Both the position numbers and the translations under genes were made by a program. A stretch of DNA of 64,000 nucleotides, taken from contig JBAZRG010000003.1 in the NCBI GenBank assembly GCA_041663145.1, forward strand, positions 1,000 through 64,999. Direction: 5' to 3'. This DNA is from Minisyncoccota bacterium. Lineage in GTDB: Bacteria > Patescibacteriota > Minisyncoccia > Phycocordibacterales > PALSA-1337. The notes under the pieces are model-generated. The model did no database searches. It was not told the origin of the DNA and worked only from the letters and a program-made list of their open reading frames with translations. Positions 29,445 to 38,939 of this stretch are shown one piece after another; the stretch's first letter is position 1, and each line of letters opens with the position of its first letter.

Positions 29445-30317
29445 ATGGCAAAAACATCTGCGGTATTTAATAAAATCAGCCAGCTCAGGGAGAGATATTA
29501 CAGAGCTTCAATCGACAAAGATGCGCTTATTAGTCTTATTAGCGAAGCAGAAGTCGCAGACCAGGTATACAACTCGAATGCGATCGAAAACAGCACGCTA
29601 AGTCTAGAGGAAACAGAAAAAATACTCCTGCAGATTGATTTGGACAGATATATCTCCGAGAGGGAATTGTTCGAAGCAAAGAATCTAGCTCGAGTTGTTT
29701 CCTACATAGATAAAAAAGCTAAGGAGCAAGAGCTTGGTCCCGATGTTATTTTATCTCTCCATAAGATGCTCTTATCAAATATCCGTGATGATGTTGTCGG
29801 TAGGTTTCGCAAAGATGATGAGTATGTCCGAGTAGGCAGTCACATCGCTCCATCTCCAAAAGAAATTAAGGAGAGCATTCAGAGAATGTTTTCTGAGTAC
29901 AACGCTACAAATCATGAAAATATCATCAAACGCATTGCGCGACTTCACTTGGCTTTTGAGTATCTCCATCCCTTTAACGATGGGAATGGTCGCATAGGGC
30001 GCGTCATCAACAATTACCTGCTCATACGTGAGGGATTTGTGCCGATAAATATCAAGTTTATTGATCGTAAAAAGTATTACGACGCATTCAAAGAGTTTGA
30101 TGAAAAAGGTGTGACGACCATCATGGAAGAAATTGTCGGCAAGGCTCTCACTAACAGCTATCACAAACGTTTGGCGTATCTGGAGGGTAAGAAAATTGTC
30201 ACACTTTCCGAATATGGGAAGAGTAATAAAATTTCTCACTCCAACCTTATTAATAAGGCGAGTCGTCAAACGATCGAAGCCTTCTTAGAAAAGGGTGTGT
30301 GGAAGATTGGAGAGTAG
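29445..30317 (+). CDS. fic: Fic-family protein (class II, AMPylation/phosphocholination fold)
   Basis: Fic motif HPFNDGNGRIGR; N-terminal inhibitory-helix motif SNAIEN (S/TxxxE[G/N]). Confidence 0.85.
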   Translation: MAKTSAVFNKISQLRERYYRASIDKDALISLISEAEVADQVYNSNAIENSTLSLEETEKILLQIDLDRYISERELFEAKNLARVVSYIDKKAKEQELGPDVILSLHKMLLSNIRDDVVGRFRKDDEYVRVGSHIAPSPKEIKESIQRMFSEYNATNHENIIKRIARLHLAFEYLHPFNDGNGRIGRVINNYLLIREGFVPINIKFIDRKKYYDAFKEFDEKGVTTIMEEIVGKALTNSYHKRLAYLEGKKIVTLSEYGKSNKISHSNLINKASRQTIEAFLEKGVWKIGE

Positions 30318-30379
30318 TCTGTAAATGATTAAGGAAATATGTTTCCCATTTCGCTGGAAATCTTGTACTCTATGTTTTC

Positions 30380-31948
30380 ATGGCAAAAACAGCTAAAAAC
30401 GATAAGTCTAACTTCGCGGGAGATAATATCATCAGATTTGATGAGGTGACTTTTGATTGGGGTTCAAATAAGCGAATTCTCGATGAAGTCAGATTTACAG
30501 TGCGCAAAGGAAGTAAGATATCTCTCATGGGTCAAAATGGTGCGGGCAAAAGCACTATCTTCGGACTTATAATCGGTGACAACAAGCCGGAGTCCGGAGA
30601 AATCTTCATAACAAATGGGGTCACTGTCGCAACGGCAAAACAGGTCATTCCTCGGGATCAGATGGAGCTTACTGTTCGTGACTTCTTTTCAAATTGTTTT
30701 CTAGAAAAAATCTATGACATCGATCCTAGAATAGATACTGTCCTTGAAGTAGTAAATCTAAAGACGAGAGGGGATATAAAAGACCGACAAGTCAAATCTT
30801 TCTCGGGAGGTCAGCAGGCACGTCTTCTCTTGGCTTCAGCGCTCATCCAAGATCCAGACATATTGCTACTAGACGAACCGACAAACAATCTCGATAAGGA
30901 AGGGATCGATCATTTGACGCAGTTCCTCATAGATTACAAGAAAACTTGTCTGGTAATTTCTCATGATGCTGACTTTTTGAATTCGTTTACACACGGAGTA
31001 TTGTATCTGGATGTCTACACCAAGAAAGTTGAACAATATGTTGGTGACTATAAAGATGTGCTGGAAGAGATCGGTCGCAGGATCGAAAAAGAGAATATGG
31101 AAAATTCGAGGTTGATGAAGGAGATAGAAGCCAAAAAATATCAGGCTGGTCTCTTCGCGCAGAAAGGAGGACAGATGCGATTGGTTGCGAAACGGATGCG
31201 AGAAAAAGCCGAAGAACTCGAGGGTGACATAGTCGACGTGAGAAAAGAGGATAGAACCATAAAGGAATTTACAATTCCTTCTCAAAAAGATCTGATTGGT
31301 GAAATTATTAAAATAAATGGATACAGCATACTTAGCCCAACAAAACACAAACCTGTGAAGTTGACGTGTAATATAAGTCTAAGGAAGAATACACATTTAC
31401 TTATTTCTGGTCCGAATGGTATTGGTAAATCTACTATGCTAGAAAGTATAGTGTCGAAAGTTGATGATTTGAACATCCAGACTTTACTCAAAAAGAATCT
31501 CGAACATTTGCCACCGGTTGATGCGACTATCGCTTCCGGAGTTCGCGTCGGATATTATCGTCAAGATTTCTCGATGATGGATTTTAATGACACAGTCTAT
31601 GAATCTCTAGAGAAGATAATCCGCGCCACCGAAGGTAGACTTATCGAAACCGAACTGCGTGCGGTTGCCGCGAGTTTTCTCATTTCGGCTGATAATATCC
31701 ACACGAAGATCGCTTCACTTTCTGAAGGTCAAAAAGGGTTAGTGGCCTTTGCTCGATTGGTCCTACTCAAACCGGGATTGTTGATTCTGGATGAACCTAC
31801 GAACCATATCAATTTCCGTCACATTCCACAGATAGCAAAAGCTCTCGATAGTTACGAGGGCGCCATGATTCTCATATCACACGTCCCCGAATTCGTCTCG
31901 CAAATTCGTATAGATCAAACTATTGAGATGGGGAAGGGTAAAAATTAG
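30380..31948 (+). CDS. ABC-F family ATPase (two ABC domains, no TM; translation factor/ribosome-protection type)
   Basis: Walker A GQNGAGKST and GPNGIGKST, signature LSGGQQ and LSEGQK, charged inter-domain linker. Confidence 0.8.
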   Translation: MAKTAKNDKSNFAGDNIIRFDEVTFDWGSNKRILDEVRFTVRKGSKISLMGQNGAGKSTIFGLIIGDNKPESGEIFITNGVTVATAKQVIPRDQMELTVRDFFSNCFLEKIYDIDPRIDTVLEVVNLKTRGDIKDRQVKSFSGGQQARLLLASALIQDPDILLLDEPTNNLDKEGIDHLTQFLIDYKKTCLVISHDADFLNSFTHGVLYLDVYTKKVEQYVGDYKDVLEEIGRRIEKENMENSRLMKEIEAKKYQAGLFAQKGGQMRLVAKRMREKAEELEGDIVDVRKEDRTIKEFTIPSQKDLIGEIIKINGYSILSPTKHKPVKLTCNISLRKNTHLLISGPNGIGKSTMLESIVSKVDDLNIQTLLKKNLEHLPPVDATIASGVRVGYYRQDFSMMDFNDTVYESLEKIIRATEGRLIETELRAVAASFLISADNIHTKIASLSEGQKGLVAFARLVLLKPGLLILDEPTNHINFRHIPQIAKALDSYEGAMILISHVPEFVSQIRIDQTIEMGKGKN

Positions 31949-32088
31949 TTTTTCCCGGCTTGCGCTCGGTGAGACTAAAGATACATGGCAGATTTGACAG
32001 AAAATTATAATGGGTATATACTCAATATAAATATAGTAGTGAAGGTCGACCTGCTAGTCATTATTAATCAAGTAATAAATAAAATTGT

Positions 32089-32328
32089 ATGCCTAAATTA
32101 GATGGAACTGGTCCCACTGGTGCTGGTCCTATGACGGGTAGGGGTCTCGGTTCTTGTCGTGGGGGAATGGGAATCGGTTGGCGTGGTCAGGGGTTGGGTC
32201 TTGGATTTGGTAGATCACTTCGATCACCAAAAAATCAGCTTCAGATTTTGGAAGAGGAAAAGCAAGTCTTGACCAATGAGTTGGAAGCAATAAACTCAGA
32301 GATCGAATCTCTCAAAGATCAGAAATAA
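32089..32328 (+). CDS. DUF5320-like small Gly-rich protein
   Basis: MPKLDGTGPTGAGPMTGRGLGSCRGG N-terminus typical of DUF5320. Confidence 0.5.
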   Translation: MPKLDGTGPTGAGPMTGRGLGSCRGGMGIGWRGQGLGLGFGRSLRSPKNQLQILEEEKQVLTNELEAINSEIESLKDQK

Positions 32329-32375
32329 ATGGATTTGTCTGCAACTTGACCTCTCAAGAAACATAAGGGGTCGAG

Positions 32376-32702
32376 TTGTTGTATAAATACGTTAAAGATT
32401 ACATAATTAATACTATGCCCAGATCACAATTATGCTTTTGTAAAGAAATAAAGTTTAAACCTAATACGGTTTATTTCAAGCCGCAAGGTGTTCCGATTGT
32501 TGATTTACAAGTTGTTGAGCTTTCTCTAGAAGAGATCGAGGCGTACAGGTTGCGCCATATTGACAATCTTGAACAGAAGGAAGCAGCGATAAAGATGCAC
32601 ACTTCAACCAGTACTTATCAGAGAGTCCTCAATTCAGCTTATGAGAAAATTGCCGATGCCTTGATTAACGGCAAAGCGATTAAAATCATTAAACATATAT
32701 AA
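32376..32702 (+). CDS. DUF134/UPF0251 predicted DNA-binding protein
   Basis: MPRSQLCFCKEIKFKPNTVYFKPQGVP...VVELSLEEIEAYRLRHIDNLEQKEAAIKM...INGKAIKI matches the family profile. Confidence 0.6.
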   Translation: MLYKYVKDYIINTMPRSQLCFCKEIKFKPNTVYFKPQGVPIVDLQVVELSLEEIEAYRLRHIDNLEQKEAAIKMHTSTSTYQRVLNSAYEKIADALINGKAIKIIKHI

Positions 32703-32719
32703 AATAATCAATCACTAAT

Positions 32720-32989
32720 ATGAAAGTACTAAAATTTGGAGCGGTGTGGTGTGCAGGTTGTCTTGTTATGAAGCCTAGATGGAAAGAAATTGAGGAAGAG
32801 AATCCGTGGCTAAAGACCGAGTATCATGATTTTGACCAGGATAAAGATGCTGTTCAAAAATATAACATCAATGAGACTTTGCCGACTTTTGTTTTTCTTG
32901 ATAAGGACGAAAAAGAGATATTGCGTTTGAGTGGAGAGGTTGATAAAGCCGAGTTGTTAAAGATAATCGAGCAAAATAAAGATAAATAA
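32720..32989 (+). CDS. thioredoxin-like protein (WCAGC active site)
   Basis: 89 aa; VWCAGCLVMKP...LPTFVFL thioredoxin-fold pattern. Confidence 0.6.
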   Translation: MKVLKFGAVWCAGCLVMKPRWKEIEEENPWLKTEYHDFDQDKDAVQKYNINETLPTFVFLDKDEKEILRLSGEVDKAELLKIIEQNKDK

Positions 32990-32994
32990 TTGTC

Positions 32995-34209
32995 ATGAAG
33001 AAAATTTTCATACCAATATTTGTTTTGTTATTTATATATATTTTCTCAGCTCAATCTGTATGTGCTGATATAAATACAGTTAATGCTTACTTATTTTATG
33101 GAGATGGCTGTCCTCATTGTGCTAAGGAAAGACAATTTTTGTCAGATGAACTGATAAAAAAGTATTCTGATCTAAAAATATATGAGTATGAGGTTTACTA
33201 TAGTAGCAAGAATGTTTCTTTATTCGAAAAAGTTGCAAATGAATTGAAATCTGAAGCAAGTGGGGTGCCGTTTCTCGTTATAGGTGATCAATATTTTGTG
33301 GGTTATTCGGATAGTATTAGCCCGATCGAAATAGAACAACGTGTCGAAGAATGTTCCGTTCAATATTGTCCAGATTCAGTCGCCTCGATTGTGGGAGTTA
33401 ATTTCACCCCCAATACAAGTGTGAGTGACAGTGGTGCTCAAGATAAACCTGAAAAAGGAGAGAAAATCATTGATTTGCCTTTTATTGGTAAGATAAATGC
33501 AATCAAGTATTCTTTGCCAGCATTAACATTCGTAATGGGTTTATTGGATGGATTCAACCCGTGTGCTATGTGGACTCTGTTATTTTTGATAAGTCTACTT
33601 TTAGGTATGAAAGACAGGAAGAGAATGTGGATACTCGGTGCAACCTTCATTGTTGCTTCAGCTTCTGTATATTTTATATTTATGGCCGCTTGGCTGAACC
33701 TAATATTGTTCTTAGGTTTTGTGATCTGGATCCGAATACTGATCGGAATTCTAGCTCTTATTGGCGGTGGGTATAGTCTGAAAGAGTTTATTTTTAATAA
33801 AGATAGTGGATGTAAGGTGACAGGGAATGAAGACAGACAAAAAGTCTTTGAAAGATTGAAATCGGCAGTACAGCAGAATAGTTTGTGGCTAGCTCTCGGT
33901 GGAATTATTATCTTGGCGTTTGCAGTAAACTTGGTCGAGCTTATATGCTCAGCCGGGCTACCTGCAGTCTATACACAAGTCCTGGCTTTGAACGGATTGT
34001 CCAGTTGGCAATATTACTTCTATATATTGTTGTACGTTTTCTTCTTTATGCTTGATGATCTATTCGTGTTTTTCGTGGCTATGTATACACTAGAGATGAC
34101 GGGTATAACAACAAAATACGCACGAGTTTCGCGCTTGGTTGGAGGGATAATAATGCTCGCTATTGGCATCATGCTTATCTTTAAGCCCGAATGGTTGATG
34201 TTTGGGTAG
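32995..34209 (+). CDS. disulfide-reductase membrane protein: N-terminal thioredoxin-like domain (CPHC) fused to CcdA/DsbD-type transmembrane domain
   Basis: GDGCPHCAKE periplasmic domain; TM core GLLDGFNPCAMWTL...; six or more TM helices. Confidence 0.65.
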   Translation: MKKIFIPIFVLLFIYIFSAQSVCADINTVNAYLFYGDGCPHCAKERQFLSDELIKKYSDLKIYEYEVYYSSKNVSLFEKVANELKSEASGVPFLVIGDQYFVGYSDSISPIEIEQRVEECSVQYCPDSVASIVGVNFTPNTSVSDSGAQDKPEKGEKIIDLPFIGKINAIKYSLPALTFVMGLLDGFNPCAMWTLLFLISLLLGMKDRKRMWILGATFIVASASVYFIFMAAWLNLILFLGFVIWIRILIGILALIGGGYSLKEFIFNKDSGCKVTGNEDRQKVFERLKSAVQQNSLWLALGGIIILAFAVNLVELICSAGLPAVYTQVLALNGLSSWQYYFYILLYVFFFMLDDLFVFFVAMYTLEMTGITTKYARVSRLVGGIIMLAIGIMLIFKPEWLMFG

Positions 34210-34275
34210 AGCGCCTATATTGATAACGGTACAGATTTCTTTATGAGCTGAGCATATAGTTTTAGAGAAATAGAT

Positions 34276-34593
34276 TTGGCCGTTGTTGACAGGCATTCGT
34301 CCTTAGTATATCATTCAAATATGCGTTTGAATGAACTGGCAAAACTTATGCGTACGGCTGGAGATGAAAGCAGGCTGAAAATCCTGTGTATTATCTTTGG
34401 TAAGAAAAAAGTATGCGTATCAGATATAGCAGAAGAATTGAATATGAGCGTGGCTATCATATCTCATCATCTTCAGGTTATGTCGAAAGAGGGATTGGTC
34501 GTACCTGTGCGTGAAGGTAAAAGGATCTGTTACGAGCTTCCAAAAGATAAGTTTGTAATGGATCTAAAGAAATTCGTTTGTAAGTATAAATAA
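34276..34593 (+). CDS. ArsR/SmtB-family transcriptional regulator
   Basis: LKILCIIFGKKKVCVSDIAEELNMSVAIISHHLQVMSKEGLV winged HTH. Confidence 0.65.
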   Translation: MAVVDRHSSLVYHSNMRLNELAKLMRTAGDESRLKILCIIFGKKKVCVSDIAEELNMSVAIISHHLQVMSKEGLVVPVREGKRICYELPKDKFVMDLKKFVCKYK

Positions 34594-34632
34594 TTTATCA
34601 GTTAATAAATAAGTATTAAATAATATAAAAAT

Positions 34633-34875
34633 ATGAATACAAAAAATCACAAGGTTATCGTTTACTCAACACCAACTTGTCCCTACTGTGTCTATGCAAA
34701 AGAATATTTTAAGGAAAACAATGTTGCATTTGAAGATATTGATGTTACAAAAGATAGAGCCAAAGCTCAAGAAATGGTTACAAAAAGTGGCCAAATGGGT
34801 GTGCCTGTTATAGATATTGATGGGAACATTTTAGTTGGTTTCCAACCAGAAGCCTTCGAACAACTTTTGAAATAG
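34633..34875 (+). CDS. glutaredoxin-like protein (NrdH/Grx, CPYC)
   Basis: VIVYSTPTCPYCVYAKEYF...GVPVIDIDG. Confidence 0.75.
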   Translation: MNTKNHKVIVYSTPTCPYCVYAKEYFKENNVAFEDIDVTKDRAKAQEMVTKSGQMGVPVIDIDGNILVGFQPEAFEQLLK

Positions 34876-34974
34876 ACGAGGAAAGAAAAAAGACTTTCGT
34901 ATTGTATTAGAAGTGAAAGGCTGAAAGAGACATCAAATCAATCTTTCTTTTATTAATCTTTAATCAAAAACAAT

Positions 34975-35367
34975 ATGAAAAAGACAACATTGGGACTTGG
35001 GGCGTTAGCGCTTGTATTAGGAATTACAGCAATTACTGCCGGATCTGCTCTTGCATACAAAGGAGACCCTGCCGTAAAAGGTCCGAATTATTCAACAGAA
35101 CGCCATACAGCAATGTTAAAGGCATTTGAGAATAAGGACTACACTGCATGGAAAAACCTTATGCAAAATCGAGGTATGGCGACAAAAGTCATTACTGAAG
35201 CAAATTTCGCAAAATTTGTAGAAGCACATAATCTCGCATTGCAGGGTAAAACAGCTGAAGCACAAAAGATTCGCCAAGAACTTGGACTAGGCTTACAAAA
35301 TGGTTCTGGTAGAAGTGGTGGCGGTATGATGAACGGTATGGGAATGGGTAGAAATTTCAATCGTTAA
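34975..35367 (+). CDS. secreted periplasmic protein, CpxP/Spy/ZraP-like with Gly/Met-rich tail
   Basis: Signal peptide; helical; C-terminal GGGMMNGMGMGRN. Confidence 0.35.
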   Translation: MKKTTLGLGALALVLGITAITAGSALAYKGDPAVKGPNYSTERHTAMLKAFENKDYTAWKNLMQNRGMATKVITEANFAKFVEAHNLALQGKTAEAQKIRQELGLGLQNGSGRSGGGMMNGMGMGRNFNR

Positions 35368-35447
35368 GAAAATATAGGCTGAATATCAAACTCCGGCATT
35401 TGTCGGAGTTTGATGTATAAGCTTGGTATATAGGATAAGATACATGT

Positions 35448-35990
35448 ATGAGCGAAACTCTAAAATTAACCGATGAAGAAATAGTAGAAAAAGTTCGCTC
35501 AAACGATCGAGATCTTTATGCTGTCTTAATTGAGAGATATAAAAACAGGCTTTTAAGATATGCGACAAATCTGATTCATGACGAAGATAGAGCTAGTCAC
35601 ATCGTGCAAGATTCACTGGTAAAAGCATATATAAACCTCAATGGTTTTAATACAAATAAGAAATTTTCAAGTTGGATATATCGTATCGTGCACAATGAAG
35701 CGATGAATGTGGTGAAGAAATATCAAAAAGAAGTGCCAATACTAGATGACTTTGATTTTGAAAGCAATGAAGATATCACTAAAGATTTTGAACAGAAAGA
35801 GACAGTCGCGCATGTAGAAAAATGTTTAAATTCAATACCGCTTATATATTCTGAACCTCTTAGCTTGTATTATTTAGATGAAAAGTCCTATGAAGAGATA
35901 AGCGATATTTTGAGGATACCCATGGGCACCGTAGCTATACGTATGAGTCGAGCAAAGAAATTAATGAAAAATATATGTCAAAAGAATTAA
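35448..35990 (+). CDS. ECF-subfamily RNA polymerase sigma factor
   Basis: Region 2 YKNRLLRYATNLIHDEDRASHIVQDSLVKAY; region 4 SYEEISDILRIPMGTVAIRMSRAKKLM. Confidence 0.8.
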   Translation: MSETLKLTDEEIVEKVRSNDRDLYAVLIERYKNRLLRYATNLIHDEDRASHIVQDSLVKAYINLNGFNTNKKFSSWIYRIVHNEAMNVVKKYQKEVPILDDFDFESNEDITKDFEQKETVAHVEKCLNSIPLIYSEPLSLYYLDEKSYEEISDILRIPMGTVAIRMSRAKKLMKNICQKN

Positions 35991-36433
35991 AAAACATAAC
36001 TGAAAATATCATGGATCAAATCCATGAGGATAAGATAAAAATGAGGCCAAAGATATATTTTATCGCTGGGTCAATACTAACATTTGTAGGGCTTGTTTCG
36101 TCTGTTGTCATCTCAGTTTTCTTGGTAGGACTCATAAGATTTTCATTACGGTCTCATGGTCCAATGGGAAGTTATAGATTTGAAGAAATACTTTCTGATT
36201 TTCCCTTATGGGCGCCAGTACTCGCTATTGTCGGATTGATAGTCGGTATTTGGCTACTTCGTAAATATGATTTTTCTTTCAAAATAAATTTTAAATTGGT
36301 TATTATAGGATTTATTCTGGCTATTATTGTCGGTGGTTTGGTTATCGATAGTATCGGATTGAACGATGTTCTTATACGTCGTGGTCCAATGCGGGGCATA
36401 ATGCGACAGTATTTGCAGAATAATAATCTCTGA
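35975..36433 (+). CDS. membrane anti-sigma factor candidate
   Basis: Overlaps the sigma gene end; N-terminal cytoplasmic segment then four TM helices. Confidence 0.4.
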   Translation: MSKELKNITENIMDQIHEDKIKMRPKIYFIAGSILTFVGLVSSVVISVFLVGLIRFSLRSHGPMGSYRFEEILSDFPLWAPVLAIVGLIVGIWLLRKYDFSFKINFKLVIIGFILAIIVGGLVIDSIGLNDVLIRRGPMRGIMRQYLQNNNL

Positions 36434-36481
36434 TATTAGGGTATAATATAACTCATAGTTATATTGTAATCGACGATATTT

Positions 36482-38050
36482 ATGTTACCGAATATACATT
36501 TAGTGCTTCATAATATTGGAGCTATTCTCTCTATCATAACCGGTATTTGGATTGTGGTTTTTCTTCTCATTAACAATCCTCGAAAGACGGTCAACATTGC
36601 TCTCGCGCTTACGAACTTATCGGTAATTGTGTTTATCGTTTCTCATGTTATCGGCACAAATACTGTCGATCCGCATTTATCAAAGATGATACTAATGGCT
36701 AATATCAGCATCATCTTTGTGGTTATTTTTACCATGCATACGACTCTCGCCGTTCTCAATATAGACAAACAACGTCGCGCTCTTTTGGGTAGCGTATACA
36801 TAATAGGTATTGCGCTGGCCGTTTTTTATCTGATTTATCCCGATACATTTTTGCTCGATTCGATTCCTAAGATGTATTTTCCCAATTACTACAATCCAGG
36901 CGAATTGCATTGGATCATGCGGGTCATATTCGACATCGCCATCCCCATCCTTCTTTTGTATGAACTTCTGGCGGTCTACAGAAATTCAAGTAATATGATC
37001 GAGAAGAATCGTATCAAATATTGGACAGCCACTGTCATATTTGGTTATATTGTGGGATCAATACCTATACTTCTCGTATATGATATTCCTATAAATCCGG
37101 CATGGGGTATTTGGTTTGTTCCTTTTTATTCGATACCACTCGTGTATGGTGCGGTTACTTATTCGATGGTGGATGTTAGGATCATTGCCAAAAAAGCATT
37201 TCTGTACGGTCTTGCCGTCGTTGTAATAGGAGGTTTTATTACGCTTATAAATATAGTTAACGATGTTATACAAAGTGTCTATCCTGAATTTCCATTTTGG
37301 ATAGCACCGTTTACATCCGCTATTATTCTAGTCGGCTTTGGTATCTTGGTCTGGAAAAAGTTGCGTGAGAGCGATATTTTGAAATACGAATTCATCACTA
37401 CGGTTACTCACAAATTTCGCACGCCCCTCACTCATATAAAATGGGCGGCCGAAAATCTAAATAATATGTCTATTCCAGAAGAGGGTAAAGAACAGCTCAA
37501 ATATATAGAGAGTTCGAATACTAAATTGGTGGAACTCACTAACGTACTCGTAAATGTGGCTGATGCCGAATCTACGGCATATCAATATCATTTTGCCAAG
37601 ACTGATATTTCAGTTTTGACGCAGGAAGTCTTGGACGCGACAGAATCGCGATCTTTGACGAAAACAATATCTTGGGAAAAAGATCTGACACCCCGAATAT
37701 ACGTCAATTGCGATGAACGTATAAAATTTGTAGTACAGACCTTATTGGAGAATGCGATACAGTATACGCCCGAAAAAGGAAAAATATCGATATCTGTCAA
37801 ACAGGTTTCTGATAATATGGTGTTTCGAGTGAGTGATACGGGTATAGGGGTGAGTAGGGAAGAATTGCCTCTTATCTTTTCTAAATTCTATAGAACCAAA
37901 AAAGCCAAAGAAGCGGATACTGAGGGGATGGGAGTCGGTCTGTATATTTCAAAGAGTATTGTTCTGCGCCATCATGGTAAGATTTGGGTCGAATCTGAAG
38001 GCGTGGATAGCGGTAGCACATTTGTGTTTACGTTACCCATTGGTAAATGA
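36482..38050 (+). CDS. sensor histidine kinase with polytopic N-terminal sensor domain
   Basis: HisKA H-box THKFRTPLTHIKW; HATPase N/G boxes (DTGIGVSREELPLIFSKFYR, GMGVGLYISKSIV); no adjacent response regulator. Confidence 0.8.
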   Translation: MLPNIHLVLHNIGAILSIITGIWIVVFLLINNPRKTVNIALALTNLSVIVFIVSHVIGTNTVDPHLSKMILMANISIIFVVIFTMHTTLAVLNIDKQRRALLGSVYIIGIALAVFYLIYPDTFLLDSIPKMYFPNYYNPGELHWIMRVIFDIAIPILLLYELLAVYRNSSNMIEKNRIKYWTATVIFGYIVGSIPILLVYDIPINPAWGIWFVPFYSIPLVYGAVTYSMVDVRIIAKKAFLYGLAVVVIGGFITLINIVNDVIQSVYPEFPFWIAPFTSAIILVGFGILVWKKLRESDILKYEFITTVTHKFRTPLTHIKWAAENLNNMSIPEEGKEQLKYIESSNTKLVELTNVLVNVADAESTAYQYHFAKTDISVLTQEVLDATESRSLTKTISWEKDLTPRIYVNCDERIKFVVQTLLENAIQYTPEKGKISISVKQVSDNMVFRVSDTGIGVSREELPLIFSKFYRTKKAKEADTEGMGVGLYISKSIVLRHHGKIWVESEGVDSGSTFVFTLPIGK

Positions 38051-38069
38051 TTAAATAACATTAAAAACC

Positions 38070-38912
38070 ATGACTAAATTTAAAAAGACAGTTCTCGTTT
38101 CTGTTGTTGGTATGTCACTTTGCGCGATCGCCGGTATTGCATATGCGACTGTCGGTGGACCGACTCTTGTATACGATATGAAGTACGATACAAAGACGAA
38201 TTCAATTTATTTTACAGAACAAGATTTTGGTGGAAAGGGATGTCCACCAGAACTAAAGGCAATATCAGTCAAAGATAATGTTGGCAGAGTTGTGCTGTCT
38301 TGTGATGATGGTTTGGCAAAAGATCATAGTAAGGAATTGATCGCTATGACTGAGAATTTTGCACCGCTTATACCAGTAAGTTTAAAGAAGAATGGCATAA
38401 CCGCTTCTATCGAGGCTGTTGGTGTTGAGAAAATCGAGGAGGACTGGATAATAAAGACGAATTTTATTGCTCATATTTTCCAAGATAATAAGAATGTAGC
38501 CAACATTCCTATTTCCGGTTGCAATCTCGAGCAACCCTTTATCATCGATGGATATCGTATACCAGGACAAATGGATAAGATGGTTTTGTTGGTTTCAACA
38601 AAAGGTGACTGTTTCGAAGGTGGATATATCAGGGAGTCATTGAATGTGATCTCTGGAGTAAAACAGATCGAAGACTCGTATACAAATACATACAAGACAA
38701 ATTCACCTTTGGTACCAAACGATGGAAGTCTGATCATTTATGCAAAAGCATCTTCTGGCGATGTGTCTCCGAGTCCTACAGATAATGATCAAGAGCTGAT
38801 TGGTTCAAATAATAATAAATATTCGAGTACAGTTTTGGTTATTTGTGCTCTCATAGCTCTCATTTTAGGTGTACTCATCGGTAGATCGATGAAAGTCCGA
38901 ACTAGTCAATAG
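38070..38912 (+). CDS. hypothetical secreted protein with C-terminal TM anchor
   Basis: Signal peptide, C-terminal hydrophobic helix; no family. Confidence 0.45.
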   Translation: MTKFKKTVLVSVVGMSLCAIAGIAYATVGGPTLVYDMKYDTKTNSIYFTEQDFGGKGCPPELKAISVKDNVGRVVLSCDDGLAKDHSKELIAMTENFAPLIPVSLKKNGITASIEAVGVEKIEEDWIIKTNFIAHIFQDNKNVANIPISGCNLEQPFIIDGYRIPGQMDKMVLLVSTKGDCFEGGYIRESLNVISGVKQIEDSYTNTYKTNSPLVPNDGSLIIYAKASSGDVSPSPTDNDQELIGSNNNKYSSTVLVICALIALILGVLIGRSMKVRTSQ

Positions 38913-38939
38913 TTTAGTTGTCTGTGCTATAGTGCCATA

